In this document: positions 41,119 to 51,319 of the stretch, piece after piece
How the letters are laid out: every line of letters begins with the position of its first letter
Numbering within the stretch: position 1 is the first letter of the stretch
The notes under the pieces: generated by a model
What the model was told of the DNA's origin: nothing
The model's input: the letters and a program-made list of their open reading frames with translations, nothing else
Database searches by the model: none
Program-made: the position numbers and the translations under genes
Assembly (NCBI GenBank): GCA_965215335.1
Contig: CBDCDA010000002.1
Location: forward strand, 512,001 to 576,000
Source: an uncultured Candidatus Entotheonella sp.
GTDB lineage: Bacteria; Tectomicrobia; Entotheonellia; Entotheonellales; Entotheonellaceae
Length of the DNA stretch: 64,000 nucleotides
Direction: 5' to 3'

Positions 41119-43092
41119 ATGCCAGTCGTCAATCTCGACATCACACAACGCGAGCCGTTTGCCGCCGGCAAGTCCTTCGACCCGGTGGGGCCGTACGAGT
41201 TCCTGCAGGGCACGGCGCACTTTGCGGTGGACCCGCTGCACCCACGCAACGCCGCCATTACCGACCTGGACCTGGCCCCGCACGAGGCGAACGGCACGGT
41301 GGCGTTCTCGGCGCCGTTCGCCATGCTGCAGCCCGCCGACGCCGAGCGCGGCAACCGGCGGATGTTCTTTGACGTGATGAACCGCGGGCGCAAGACGGTT
41401 CTGCAGCGCTTCAACGACGCGCCGGACATTGTCGACCACCGCCTGCCACCCCAGCCGGGAAGCGGCTTCCTCATGCGCCGGGGCTTTACCGTGGTGTGGT
41501 GCGGCTGGCAGGCCGACGTGCCGCCGATGCCGGGACTGATGGGCTTGCAAGCACCGCAAGCTCTCGGGCCGCAAGGCCCGCTGCAGGGCAAAATCCTGTG
41601 CCAGTTTCAGGTCAACGAGCCGACCCCGCAATTGCTTCTCTCCGACCGCGAACACACGCCGCACCCCGCCGCCGACATCGACGAAGCCGGGGCGTTCCTG
41701 CAGGTACGCGACCACCCCAACACGCCGGCCACCGAAATTCCGCGCGCAGCGTGGTCTTTCGTGCAGGCGGATGGCGACACGGCGCCCAATTACGTGCGCC
41801 TGCACGCTGGTTTCGAGCCGGGGCGCATCTACCAACTGGTGTACACGACGCGCGGCAGCCGCATCGTCGGGCTCGGCTTCGCGGCGGTGCGCGACATCGC
41901 GGCGTTCCTGAAGCATGGCAGCGCAGCGGACGGTAATCCGTGCGCCGGGCGGCTGGACTACGCTCACGCCTTCGGCAGCTCGCAGAGCGGACGGTTCCTG
42001 CGGCAGATGCTCTATCACGGTCTGGTGGAGGACGAGACAGAACGACTGGCGCTGGACGGGGTCATTGCGCACGTGGCAGGCGGCATGCGCGGCGAGTTCA
42101 ATCTGCGCTTCGGCCAGCCGTCAAAGGATGTCTGCTTCATCATCCCGGAGCTGTTTCCGTTCACCGATACGCCACAAACCGACCCGCTCACGGGCCGCCG
42201 GGGAGCCCTGCTGGCAAACCTGGAAGCACGCGGCAAGGCGTCCAAGGTCATGTTCACCAACACGGCGGCAGAGTACTGGCGCGGCGACGCGGCACTCATC
42301 CACACCGACCTGGAAACGATGCGCGACCAGCCGGAATCGCCGTCGGTGCGGCGCTACCATTTTGCCGGCACGCACCACACCTCGGCACTCTTCCCCCTCG
42401 CCGGGTGGCGGGCCGCCGACGGCATGCGGGGGCAACTGCCGTTCAACACGGTCGATTTCAACCCGCTCCTGCGCGCCGCCCTGGTCAACCTCGACCGCTG
42501 GGTCAGCGAGGGCGTGCCGCCCCCCACCAGCCGCCACCCCTCTCTGAATGACGGCACCAGTGTGCCCTCCGACAGCCTCCCGGCGGTCTTTGCCAATCTG
42601 CCAGGCGTGCGCTTCCCGCCAAAGGTGACGCGGGCGCTGCGGCTGGACTACGGTCCCGAAACCGACCATGGCCGCACGGTGCGCCTGCCAGCCCAGGAGG
42701 GGGAGACGTACCCGGCGCTGGTTTCCGACGTGGATGCCGACGGCAACGAACGCGCCGGCATCCGCCTGCCCGATATCACCGTGCCGCTGGCCACCCATAC
42801 CGGTTGGAACCTGCGCCACGAGGCCGTCGGCAACCGGGACTTGGTGATTGGCATTACCGGAGGATTGGCGGGCTGGACACTGCCGTTCGCCGCTACCGGC
42901 GCCAGCCGCGAGGCGACCGGCGACCCACGCCCGTCCATCGACGAACGCTACGCCTCCCGCGACGAATACCTGCGCCGCGTGCGCGCCGCCACGCGGGAAC
43001 TCATCGCCGCCGGCTACGTGCTGGCGGAGGATTTGCCCCGCATCGTGGCTGCGGCCGGCGCGCGTTACGACGCCTTCAGGCATGGGAAATGA
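41119..43092 (+). CDS. Alpha/beta hydrolase domain-containing protein
   Basis: GSSQSGRFLR nucleophile elbow, GWQAD, EYW, VDADGNE. Confidence 0.8.
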   Translation: MPVVNLDITQREPFAAGKSFDPVGPYEFLQGTAHFAVDPLHPRNAAITDLDLAPHEANGTVAFSAPFAMLQPADAERGNRRMFFDVMNRGRKTVLQRFNDAPDIVDHRLPPQPGSGFLMRRGFTVVWCGWQADVPPMPGLMGLQAPQALGPQGPLQGKILCQFQVNEPTPQLLLSDREHTPHPAADIDEAGAFLQVRDHPNTPATEIPRAAWSFVQADGDTAPNYVRLHAGFEPGRIYQLVYTTRGSRIVGLGFAAVRDIAAFLKHGSAADGNPCAGRLDYAHAFGSSQSGRFLRQMLYHGLVEDETERLALDGVIAHVAGGMRGEFNLRFGQPSKDVCFIIPELFPFTDTPQTDPLTGRRGALLANLEARGKASKVMFTNTAAEYWRGDAALIHTDLETMRDQPESPSVRRYHFAGTHHTSALFPLAGWRAADGMRGQLPFNTVDFNPLLRAALVNLDRWVSEGVPPPTSRHPSLNDGTSVPSDSLPAVFANLPGVRFPPKVTRALRLDYGPETDHGRTVRLPAQEGETYPALVSDVDADGNERAGIRLPDITVPLATHTGWNLRHEAVGNRDLVIGITGGLAGWTLPFAATGASREATGDPRPSIDERYASRDEYLRRVRAATRELIAAGYVLAEDLPRIVAAAGARYDAFRHGK

Positions 43093-43443
43093 GTTGGCTT
43101 GCCCGTCACGCCACCGGTCCCTTCACCCACTGCCCGCGGGCCTGCAACTTCGCCAGGCTGTGGGACACAGGGCAGATTGCGGCGAACCAGACCCACCGGT
43201 CCATACCCCTCTCAGGCCGCAAACCGCTGGCTTCATCTTACCCGGCAACGTGTGCGACGTGAACGAGGGTCGCGGGCGGGCATGGGGCTGTCGGATTACG
43301 GCCACACGAATCCGACTTGCGGCTTGATGCGAAGCCAGAGGAAGAATGACAGAGGCCGCCAGGCGACGGCTCGATCTCACACCGGCGCATTGCCGATGGC
43401 GGCCTTCCTGCGGGCTGCAGCGTCGTCGGCTGCAACCGGCGAG

Positions 43444-44322
43444 CTAGAAGGCCGTGCTGACCGTCGCGAACGCATCGCGCCCGCGAGCATACGAGCGGAT
43501 ATTCTGCGCCGCGTTGCGGTTGATGAATTCACGGCCCCACATGGGGTGGCGCATGCTGCGCACCTCGTGCTCGATGGTGAACAAAACCTTGCCGGTGTCG
43601 GGATGCACGATGTCCTGGAAACGGTACTGGCAGGTATCGCTTTCCTCGGTGATCAGGCCATGCTCGTTCAGGAAGGCGTGCGGGCCGGAGAAATTGGCCA
43701 CGTAGACGGCGATGTGGTGGCCGTCGTAGGCGGGAAGGGCTTTGCGGGTTTCGCGGAAGATCAGCTTCTGCTCACAGCCGACGAGCACTTCGACGACGGC
43801 GCCGTTGGTATCTTCCGACAGCGTGTAGGGCGCCTGCATGACGGTCTTGTAAAACTGCCCGATACCCGCCGCCGTGCCCCGCATGACCGGAAACTCGACG
43901 TAGGGAATGCCCAAGGTCATCTCGCCGAATGCTCCCGCGTCCGGCGCGTGGCAGCGGAACTGGTTGCCCCACGGTCCGGTGACGTTGACGTGGCCGTTTT
44001 CCTCGGCGCAGGTGAATTGCGTCTCCGCCAGCGACTCTTGCAGCGCCACGAGGCGCATCTTGAGGGCCTCGAGGTCGGGTACCACCAGGCCGATGACGCC
44101 CCGCAGCACTTGCGGCTCGCGGGTTGGCAGGTGGAACTGCTGCTGCCCGACGTTCACCCACATGTTTTCGGCGCTCACCATCATGTAGGGGTCACGGGTA
44201 AAGCCCAGGCCGGTGACGTAAAACTGCGTGGCCGTCACTTGGTCGGGAGCCGTCACGTTGACGTGCTCCATGGCGAGAATGTTGCCAACGTCTTGCGATG
44301 CGCGGTCGAATATCTTCTTCAT
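43444..44322 (-). CDS. VOC/glyoxalase-like conserved protein
   Basis: EHVNV, FYVTGLG, QFHLP, GHHIAVY; GGAG RBS before ATG 44322. Confidence 0.7.
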   Translation of the reverse strand: MKKIFDRASQDVGNILAMEHVNVTAPDQVTATQFYVTGLGFTRDPYMMVSAENMWVNVGQQQFHLPTREPQVLRGVIGLVVPDLEALKMRLVALQESLAETQFTCAEENGHVNVTGPWGNQFRCHAPDAGAFGEMTLGIPYVEFPVMRGTAAGIGQFYKTVMQAPYTLSEDTNGAVVEVLVGCEQKLIFRETRKALPAYDGHHIAVYVANFSGPHAFLNEHGLITEESDTCQYRFQDIVHPDTGKVLFTIEHEVRSMRHPMWGREFINRNAAQNIRSYARGRDAFATVSTAF

Positions 44323-44381
44323 GGGAACCGGTCTCCTCAACATAAGCAGGAAAGGGTTTGATGCCGGGGGAACGCGGCGGA

Positions 44382-45335
44382 TTATAGCACAGGCGCCCCG
44401 GCCGGCGGTTCGGCGGCGTACGCCTCCGGGTCGGGCAGGGGCTTGCCCAGCACGTGCCGCAGGGCCCCCTCGAGCGCCGGATAGCGAAAGGCGTAGCCCG
44501 AGGCGTTGAGCTTGGCGGGCTCGACGCGCGTGCTGGCGAGCAGCAGGGCGTCGGCCATCTCGCCGAACAGCAGGCGGGCGGCCAGGGCGGGTACGGCGAA
44601 TCGCGTCGGGCGCCGCAACACCCGGCCCAGCGTCCTGGTAAAATCGCGATTGCTCACCGGTCCGGGCGCCACGAGGTTCACGGCGCCATGCAGGGATTCG
44701 GTTGTCAGCACGTGCAAAATGGCGCCTGCGACGTCGTCCAGCGTGACCCAGCTCACGTACTGGGCGCCACCGCCGAGCCTGCCGCCGAGGCCGAGCCGGA
44801 ACGGCGGCAGCATCTGACCAAGGGCGCCGCCGGACGCGCTCAACACCATGCCCAGGCGCAGCAGCACGACCCGAATGCCCCGTTCCATCGCCGGCGCTGC
44901 CGCCGCTTCCCAATCAACGCAGACGCGCGCCAGAAAATCCTCCCCGGCGCGACTTTCCTCCCGCAGCAGGCGTTCGCCGCGGTCGCCATAATACCCGATG
45001 GCAGAAGCGCACACGAAGGTCTTGGGCGGTTTGACGACCTGCCGTAGCGCCTCGCAAATGACCCGGGTACCGCGCACCCGGCTGTCGTAGATGCGTCGTT
45101 TCTTGTCGGCTGTCCAGCGCCCGGCGATGCTCTCGCCGGCCAGATGCAAGACGGCGTCCATTCCTTCCAGGGCCTGCGGGGGCATGCGCCCGGCCTCCGG
45201 CTCCCAGGCCACTTCTCCCCATCCCGGACGCGCCCGCCCGCGAACCAGCCGCGTCACCCGATGCCCCGCCGCTTCAAGATCAGGCGTCAGCGCCGATCCG
45301 ATCAGTCCGCTTGCTCCACTTACGAGTACATGCAT
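44382..45335 (-). CDS. TIGR01777 family NAD(P)-dependent epimerase-like oxidoreductase
   Basis: GASGLIG, HLAGESI, SAIGYYGD, GLGGRLGGG. Confidence 0.92.
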   Translation of the reverse strand: MHVLVSGASGLIGSALTPDLEAAGHRVTRLVRGRARPGWGEVAWEPEAGRMPPQALEGMDAVLHLAGESIAGRWTADKKRRIYDSRVRGTRVICEALRQVVKPPKTFVCASAIGYYGDRGERLLREESRAGEDFLARVCVDWEAAAAPAMERGIRVVLLRLGMVLSASGGALGQMLPPFRLGLGGRLGGGAQYVSWVTLDDVAGAILHVLTTESLHGAVNLVAPGPVSNRDFTRTLGRVLRRPTRFAVPALAARLLFGEMADALLLASTRVEPAKLNASGYAFRYPALEGALRHVLGKPLPDPEAYAAEPPAGAPVL

Positions 45336-45450
45336 GGCCTTCTCCCAGTCAGCGTGCCAGACATGGCTCCGAGCCATCCTTGCCGCTCCCCCTTACCCCC
45401 CTGATCAAGTCCGGGCAGGCTCTCCCCCGCCTGGAAAGAGGAGCAGGGCA

Positions 45451-46218
45451 CTACCCCAGCGATACGATGCCCTCAGCCACCGGCTGCAGGCGTTCCAGAA
45501 CCAGCGGGTCGTGGCCGGGGACAATCAGATCCGGCTTGTCGGCCAACTCGCGCATACGCTCGAAGCTGTCGTACATGCCGGGCAGGTCGTGCAGCACCAT
45601 GAACGGCACGTCCTGCTCGATATTGTGGTAATAGTGCGAGGCGTCCGCAGCCAGCACCGCCCGCCCCAGGGCGGTCTGCGCGGTGACGATTTGCAGGCCG
45701 GCGGTGTGGCCACCGACCCGGTGTGCGTGCACGCCCGGGACGATCTCGCGCGCGCCGTCAACCAGCGTCAGCCGCCCCTCGTAGTTGTAACGCACCATGG
45801 CCACCACGTCATCCACCTCGATGGAATGCCGAAAGGCGGCGTGACGCACGTACTTGCCGGTGCAGAAACGCATTTCGTCTTCTTGCAGGTAGAAAGTGGC
45901 GTTCGGGAACAGGTCGTAATTGCCGACGTGGTCGTAGTGCATGTGACTGACGATGACGTGCGACACGCTGGCGCAGTCGATGCCCAGTTCCGCCAGACCC
46001 ACCGACGGGCAGCGCAGGAATTCGCGCCCGCGGCGCGTACCGACTGCCTCGGTAAAGCCCAGGTCGACGACCACCGTGTGCTGGTCATTCACCAGCACCC
46101 ACACGAAATAGGCCATCTTCATCGGCGTGTCATGATGGTCACCGTAGAACAATTCCGTTGACGTGGCCTCGCGGCGGGCGTACTGCACCGCGTAGATGGT
46201 GTAGGGCGAGAGCGGCAT
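45451..46218 (-). CDS. N-acyl homoserine lactonase-like MBL-fold hydrolase
   Basis: SHMHYDHVGN, GGHTAG, ADASH, PGHDP. Confidence 0.85.
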   Translation of the reverse strand: MPLSPYTIYAVQYARREATSTELFYGDHHDTPMKMAYFVWVLVNDQHTVVVDLGFTEAVGTRRGREFLRCPSVGLAELGIDCASVSHVIVSHMHYDHVGNYDLFPNATFYLQEDEMRFCTGKYVRHAAFRHSIEVDDVVAMVRYNYEGRLTLVDGAREIVPGVHAHRVGGHTAGLQIVTAQTALGRAVLAADASHYYHNIEQDVPFMVLHDLPGMYDSFERMRELADKPDLIVPGHDPLVLERLQPVAEGIVSLG

Positions 46219-46541
46219 GGCTTCTCCTCCGGTCGGCCCGAATACGATATCAAGGCCCTGTTTCTCAACGCCGCGTCGCCTGCAGGCGACGATGTGGGCG
46301 AATTCTACACCTTTGGCGGCTGGTCGGTCAGAAACGGCTTGTCCAGTAGCGCGTGGCGCGACCCCGAATGGGCCGAGCCCCGGCTCGTAGGGCCAGTTCA
46401 TCCCGACGGGTTTTTGCCCTTCGAGAAATCGACATCCGAAGACCTCGCGGCCACGGCTGAATTCCGCTCGCGCCTCGACGAAGGGAAGGATACACCCCCG
46501 CCTTGGCGGCGCCCGCGACCACCAAGGCTGTCTTTTGTCTG

Positions 46542-47738
46542 CTACGGGCGCTCGAACAACGCGGCAACGCCCTGGCCGCCGCCGACGCACATGGTCTCCA
46601 GGCCGTAGCGGCCGTCCCGGCGCTGCATCTCGTGCAGCAGCGTGGTGAGGATGCGGGCGCCAGTGGCGGCGATGGGATGGCCGAGCGAAATGCCGGAGCC
46701 GTGCACGTTCAGCTTGCTGTCATCCTCCAGCTTCCACTCCTTTAACACCGCCAGCACCTGGGCGGCGAAGGCTTCATTGAGCTCGATCACGTCGATGTCG
46801 TCCAACGTCAATCCGGTGCGCGCGAACAGCTTCTGTACCGCCGGCACCGGCCCGATGCCCATGTAGGCCGGGTGCACCCCGGCCACCGACCAGCCCCTCA
46901 GAAAGGCCATCGGCTTCAACCCCAACTCGTCGAGCTTGTCGGCAGCCACGACCAGGCAGACCGACGCGGCGTCGTTCTGCGAACTGGCGTTCCCCGCCGT
47001 CACGGTACCCCCTTTCGTCATCGGTCGCAGCCTGGCAAGAATTTCCAGAGACGTGTCGGGACGCGGCCCCTCATCCGTTTCGAACACCTCGGGGCCGCGG
47101 CGGCGCTGCGGCACGCTGACCGGCACGATCTCGTCGGCGAACAGGCCCTGTTCCCGCGCCGCTACGGCGCGTTGGTGGCTGCGCAGGGCGTAGGCATCCT
47201 GTTCCTGACGCGAAATGTCGTGACGTTCGGCAAGGTTTTCCGCCGTCTCGATCATCCCGGAGATGAACCCGAAGCGCTCCTCGGGGGCCACGGTGGAACG
47301 CGCCCGTGTCAGGCGGTCGTGCAAGGTCACCGAGCCCAGGCGGCTGCCGGCCCGCATGTCCGTGCTGTAGAACTCCACCCGGCTCATGCTCTCGACGCCG
47401 CCGGCCACCACCACGTCCGCATTGCCGGTCTGCACCATCATGCTGGCGTTGAGAATGGCCTGCAGGCCCGACGAGCAACGGCGGTCCAGCTGATACCCCG
47501 GCACCTCGATGGGCAATCCGGCCTTCAGGGCGCACAGGCGGCCGATCGCCGGCTCCTCACCGCTGGCATAGCCATGCCCCAGGATGACCTCATCTATCCT
47601 GTCGGGTGCCAGACTCGTGCGCTCCAGGACAGCCTTGATGACGGTCGAACCCAACTCGGCGGCGGATACCTCCTTCAGCGCCCCGCCAAAGCTCCCGACC
47701 GCCGTGCGAACAGGGCTGACAATGGCGACATCTCTCAC
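46542..47738 (-). CDS. Acetyl-CoA C-acyltransferase (thiolase)
   Basis: RRCSSGLQA, NEAFA, GHPIAATG, MCVGGGQG; GTG start. Confidence 0.95.
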   Translation of the reverse strand: MRDVAIVSPVRTAVGSFGGALKEVSAAELGSTVIKAVLERTSLAPDRIDEVILGHGYASGEEPAIGRLCALKAGLPIEVPGYQLDRRCSSGLQAILNASMMVQTGNADVVVAGGVESMSRVEFYSTDMRAGSRLGSVTLHDRLTRARSTVAPEERFGFISGMIETAENLAERHDISRQEQDAYALRSHQRAVAAREQGLFADEIVPVSVPQRRRGPEVFETDEGPRPDTSLEILARLRPMTKGGTVTAGNASSQNDAASVCLVVAADKLDELGLKPMAFLRGWSVAGVHPAYMGIGPVPAVQKLFARTGLTLDDIDVIELNEAFAAQVLAVLKEWKLEDDSKLNVHGSGISLGHPIAATGARILTTLLHEMQRRDGRYGLETMCVGGGQGVAALFERP

Positions 47739-47916
47739 GGTATTCCCCTCTGGATGGAAGGTTGTTGACGCGGGTGGTCGTCTGACATACGGGCGGGAAC
47801 GACTGTAGGACATCCGACGGCTGCAAGCAACCGCCACGGGGTTGACCCTGTTCGGCCCGCCGCCGTACACTGCGAACCGAACACCAAGGGGAGCGCCAGA
47901 CGGAGAGGGACGTAAC

Positions 47917-49299
47917 ATGCAGGAAGAACCGACCAGCTTACGCATCGAGGACCCGGGCGTTCGGAGACTGTTCTCGGAAGCGGCACGCTACCAGGCTTGG
48001 CTGGACGTCGAAGCCACCCTGGCACAGGCGCAGGCGGAACTCGACATCATCCCCGCACAGGCAGCCGCGGAGATCACCCGCAAGGCGCAGCTTTCCCACC
48101 TCGACATGGACGCCATCCGGGACGGTCTGGTGCGCACCGGGCACGCCCTGGTGCCGCTGATCTGGGAGTTGGACCGGGTGTGCGACGGCAATGCCGGCGG
48201 CTACGTGCACTGGGGCGCCACGACGCAGAACATCACGCAGACCGGGCAACTCCTGCTGGTGCGCCAGGCGCACACGATCTTCCTCAACCAGCTGGCTGCC
48301 CTGCTCAACCAGCTGGCCGACCTTGCCGAGGAGACCAAGGACGCCCTGCTGCCGGGACGAACGCATGGCCAGCACGCGGTTCCGGCAACGTTCGGCTACA
48401 AGGTGGCGGTGTGGATCGACGAGTTGTGCCGCCACGTGGAGCGGCTGCGAGGCTGCGAGGCGCGTGTTTTTGTGGCCATGCTCGGCGGCGGCGCTGGTAC
48501 GCTGGCGTCGTTGGGGGACCTCGGACTGCCGACGCAGGCGCTGATGGCACAGCGCCTTGGCATGACGCCCATGCCGGTTCCCTCTCGCAGCCTGGGCGAT
48601 CACCAGGCCGAGTACGTGAGCCTGCTCGCGCTGCTCGCCGCCACGTGCAGCAAGATCGGGCGGGAAATTTACACGCTCATGAAGCAGGAATTCGGCGAGG
48701 TCGAGGAGCCGGTGCCGCCCGGCACGGTGGGCAGCAGCACCATGCCGCAGAAACGCAATCCCAAGCTGGCGCAGGACGTCGTGGCCGCGGCAGCCCAGGT
48801 GCGCGCCCTGGTGCCCTTGGCGCTGGAAGCCATGCAGACCGAGCACGAGGCCGATCGTACCACCAGCGTCATGATGCAGCGCGCCATCAGCGAGGCATGC
48901 GGACTGACCGGCGACATCCTGCAACGGCTCATCGCGCTGTTTTCGGGTCTGCAGGTGTTTCCCGAACGCATGCGCCGCAACCTCGACCTCAGCGGCGGCC
49001 TGATCATGGCAGAGGCGCTGATGCTCGACCTCGGCCAGCAGATCGGCCGGCAACGGGCGCACGACGTCGTCTACGACCTGGCGCAGGCAGCCGTGACCGA
49101 AGAACAATCCTTTCACGAGTTGCTGGCCGCCGACCCCGCCGTTCGGGGCCACCTGAGCGACGCGCAGACCGCCGCCCTGCTGGACCCGGGCCGCTACACT
49201 GGCATGTGCCGCCACTTCGCCGAGCAGGGCGCTATGCAGGCCCGCGAGACCGCGGCGGCGATCAGCCGCCGCACCATGACCGAACGACCCCCAAGCTGA
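47917..49299 (+). CDS. Adenylosuccinate lyase / 3-carboxymuconate cycloisomerase family protein
   Basis: HWGATTQN, GRTHGQHA, GSSTMPQKRNP. Confidence 0.88.
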   Translation: MQEEPTSLRIEDPGVRRLFSEAARYQAWLDVEATLAQAQAELDIIPAQAAAEITRKAQLSHLDMDAIRDGLVRTGHALVPLIWELDRVCDGNAGGYVHWGATTQNITQTGQLLLVRQAHTIFLNQLAALLNQLADLAEETKDALLPGRTHGQHAVPATFGYKVAVWIDELCRHVERLRGCEARVFVAMLGGGAGTLASLGDLGLPTQALMAQRLGMTPMPVPSRSLGDHQAEYVSLLALLAATCSKIGREIYTLMKQEFGEVEEPVPPGTVGSSTMPQKRNPKLAQDVVAAAAQVRALVPLALEAMQTEHEADRTTSVMMQRAISEACGLTGDILQRLIALFSGLQVFPERMRRNLDLSGGLIMAEALMLDLGQQIGRQRAHDVVYDLAQAAVTEEQSFHELLAADPAVRGHLSDAQTAALLDPGRYTGMCRHFAEQGAMQARETAAAISRRTMTERPPS

Positions 49300-49316
49300 T
49301 CAGGAGACATCGCTTC

Positions 49317-50207
49317 ATGGCCACTCCCGAACTTGCCGACCTCATCAACCTGCTGCGCTCCAGGCCGGTGGTGGAAAACCCGCCGGTGGCCGACATGCGA
49401 AAGGGCTTCGACGTCCTGGCATCCAAATTCCCTCTTACACCAGGATTCGCGTTCACCCGCATCGACGCAGGCGGCGTACCGGCCGCCTGGGTCGAAGCCC
49501 CTGGCACCGACCCTGGGCGTATCATGCTGTACCTGCACGGCGGCGGTTACGTGATCGGCTCCATCGACACGCACCGTGAGCTGGCCGGGCGGCTGTCACA
49601 GGCCGCCGCGGCGCGCGTGCTCATCATTGACTACCGTCTGGCCCCCGAACACCCCTATCCCGCCGCGGTCGATGACGCTGCCGCGGCCTATCGCTGGCTG
49701 CTGGCCGACGGCAACGCGCCGGCCCGCATGGTTATCGCTGGCGACTCCGCAGGCGGTGGATTGACGGTGGCCACCCTGCTTGCCCTGCGCGAGTCGGGCG
49801 ACCCGTTGCCTGCCGCCGGGGTGTGTCTGTCGCCGTGGGTGGACATGGAGGGCATCGGCGATTCCATGACCAGCAAGGCGGACGTCGATCCCATGGTGCG
49901 GCACGAGGGACTGCTGCGCATGGCGAGCCTCTACCTGAACGGCGCCGACCCGCGCACGCCGCTGGCGGCGCCCCTGTATGCCGACCTGAGCGGCCTGCCG
50001 CCGTTGCTGATCCACGTCGGCACTGCCGAAACGCTGCTGGACGACGCCATCCGCCTGGCCGAGCGCGCCAGAGCCACCGGCGTGGACGTGACCCTGGAGT
50101 CGTGGGACGACATGATTCACGTCTGGCACATCTTCGCACCGCTGCTCCCCGAAGGGCAGCAGGCCGTCGAGCGGGTGGGCGAGTACGTGCGCGAACGGAC
50201 GGCGTAG
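49317..50207 (+). CDS. HSL-family alpha/beta hydrolase (esterase)
   Basis: HGGG, DYRLAPEHP, GDSAGG, MIHVW. Confidence 0.92.
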   Translation: MATPELADLINLLRSRPVVENPPVADMRKGFDVLASKFPLTPGFAFTRIDAGGVPAAWVEAPGTDPGRIMLYLHGGGYVIGSIDTHRELAGRLSQAAAARVLIIDYRLAPEHPYPAAVDDAAAAYRWLLADGNAPARMVIAGDSAGGGLTVATLLALRESGDPLPAAGVCLSPWVDMEGIGDSMTSKADVDPMVRHEGLLRMASLYLNGADPRTPLAAPLYADLSGLPPLLIHVGTAETLLDDAIRLAERARATGVDVTLESWDDMIHVWHIFAPLLPEGQQAVERVGEYVRERTA

Positions 50208-50213
50208 GACGTG

Positions 50214-50242
50214 TTGACAGGCCAACGGACGTTCACTAGCAT
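50214..50242 (+). promoter_or_regulatory. Sigma70-type promoter of selC
   Basis: TTGACA-N17-TAGCAT, 36 nt before the tRNA. Confidence 0.65.
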
Positions 50243-50278
50243 GGACGGCCCTCTGTGAACCTGCCAAAAGCATGGCAT

Positions 50279-50375
50279 GGAAGCGTATCGGTGCTGGTGT
50301 GCCGCCTGGACTTCAAATCCAGTGACCGGGGCTAATAACTTCGGAGGTGGGTTCGACTCCCACACGCTTCCGCCA
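50279..50375 (+). tRNA. selC: tRNA-Sec (anticodon UCA)
   Basis: 8-bp acceptor stem GGAAGCGT/ACGCTTCC, anticodon arm CTGGACTTCAAATCCAG, long variable arm, GTTCGAC T-loop, encoded GCCA. Confidence 0.95.
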
Positions 50376-50527
50376 CGCTTCCTCATCCCGCCGGTGTCGC
50401 ACGCGGCAAGCCGGTGGATCACCTCGACACGGCAATGGAGTCGAGCAGCATCGAAGCCTGTCCCGCATTCGTGCTTCTGCCCGACCCATCCTGTTGACGA
50501 ACGGCGTGACAATGACGGAGAAACGTA

Positions 50528-51319
50528 ATGGATTATGGCATCGAGGGGCGAATCGCGCTGGTGGCGGCTTCGAGCAAGGGGCTGGGCAAGGCATGCGCCA
50601 TGGGTCTGGCGCGCGAGGGCGCAAAGGTCGCGCTGTGTGCCCGCAACGACGACGAGCTGCAAAAGGCCGCCCAGGAGATTGAATCGGCCACCGGCGCCGA
50701 GGTGTTCGCGCAGACGGCCGACATGAGCCGGCCGGACGACATCGAGAGCCTGATCGGAACGGCACGGAAACATTTCGGGCGTCTCGACATCCTGGTCACC
50801 AACGCCGGCGGCCCGCCGCCGGGGCAGTTCATGGACTTCACCGACGACGACTGGCTGGCGGCGCTGAATCTGAATCTGCTCAGCACCATCCGTCTGATTC
50901 GCGGTGTCATGCCGCAGATGCAGGCGCAGCAGTGGGGCCGCATCGTCAACATCACCTCGGTGACGGTCAAGCAGCCGTTCGAGGCGTTGCTGCTCTCCAA
51001 CGTGTCGCGCGCCGGGGTGGTCACCCTGTCCAAGACGCTCTCCAATCAACTGGCCAGGGACAACGTGCTGATCAACACCGTGTGTCCGGGGATCATCCTC
51101 ACCGACCGTGTGAGGCAGGTGACGCACAACATGGCCGAAACGCAGGGGATCAGCGAGGACGCGGCGCTGGAGGCATACGTGTCGCCCATTCCCATGGCGC
51201 GCGCCGGGCAGCCCGCCGAGTTTGCCGACCTGGTCGTTTTTCTGAGTTCGGAGCGCTGCAGCTACATCACGGGCACCGTCACCCAGATCGACGGGGGCTT
51301 TGTAAAGGGCTATTACTGA
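50528..51319 (+). CDS. SDR family oxidoreductase
   Basis: ASSKGLG, TNAGGPPPG, CPG, IDGG. Confidence 0.92.
   Translation: MDYGIEGRIALVAASSKGLGKACAMGLAREGAKVALCARNDDELQKAAQEIESATGAEVFAQTADMSRPDDIESLIGTARKHFGRLDILVTNAGGPPPGQFMDFTDDDWLAALNLNLLSTIRLIRGVMPQMQAQQWGRIVNITSVTVKQPFEALLLSNVSRAGVVTLSKTLSNQLARDNVLINTVCPGIILTDRVRQVTHNMAETQGISEDAALEAYVSPIPMARAGQPAEFADLVVFLSSERCSYITGTVTQIDGGFVKGYY

Noticed and set aside
46230..46540. Coding-looking plus-strand stretch between the lactonase and thiolase genes
   Set aside because: No clear start, stop or motif; at most a gene remnant
50363..50382. 9-bp direct repeat CACGCTTCC at the selC 3' end as a possible att site
   Set aside because: Too short, with no integrase or distant second copy seen
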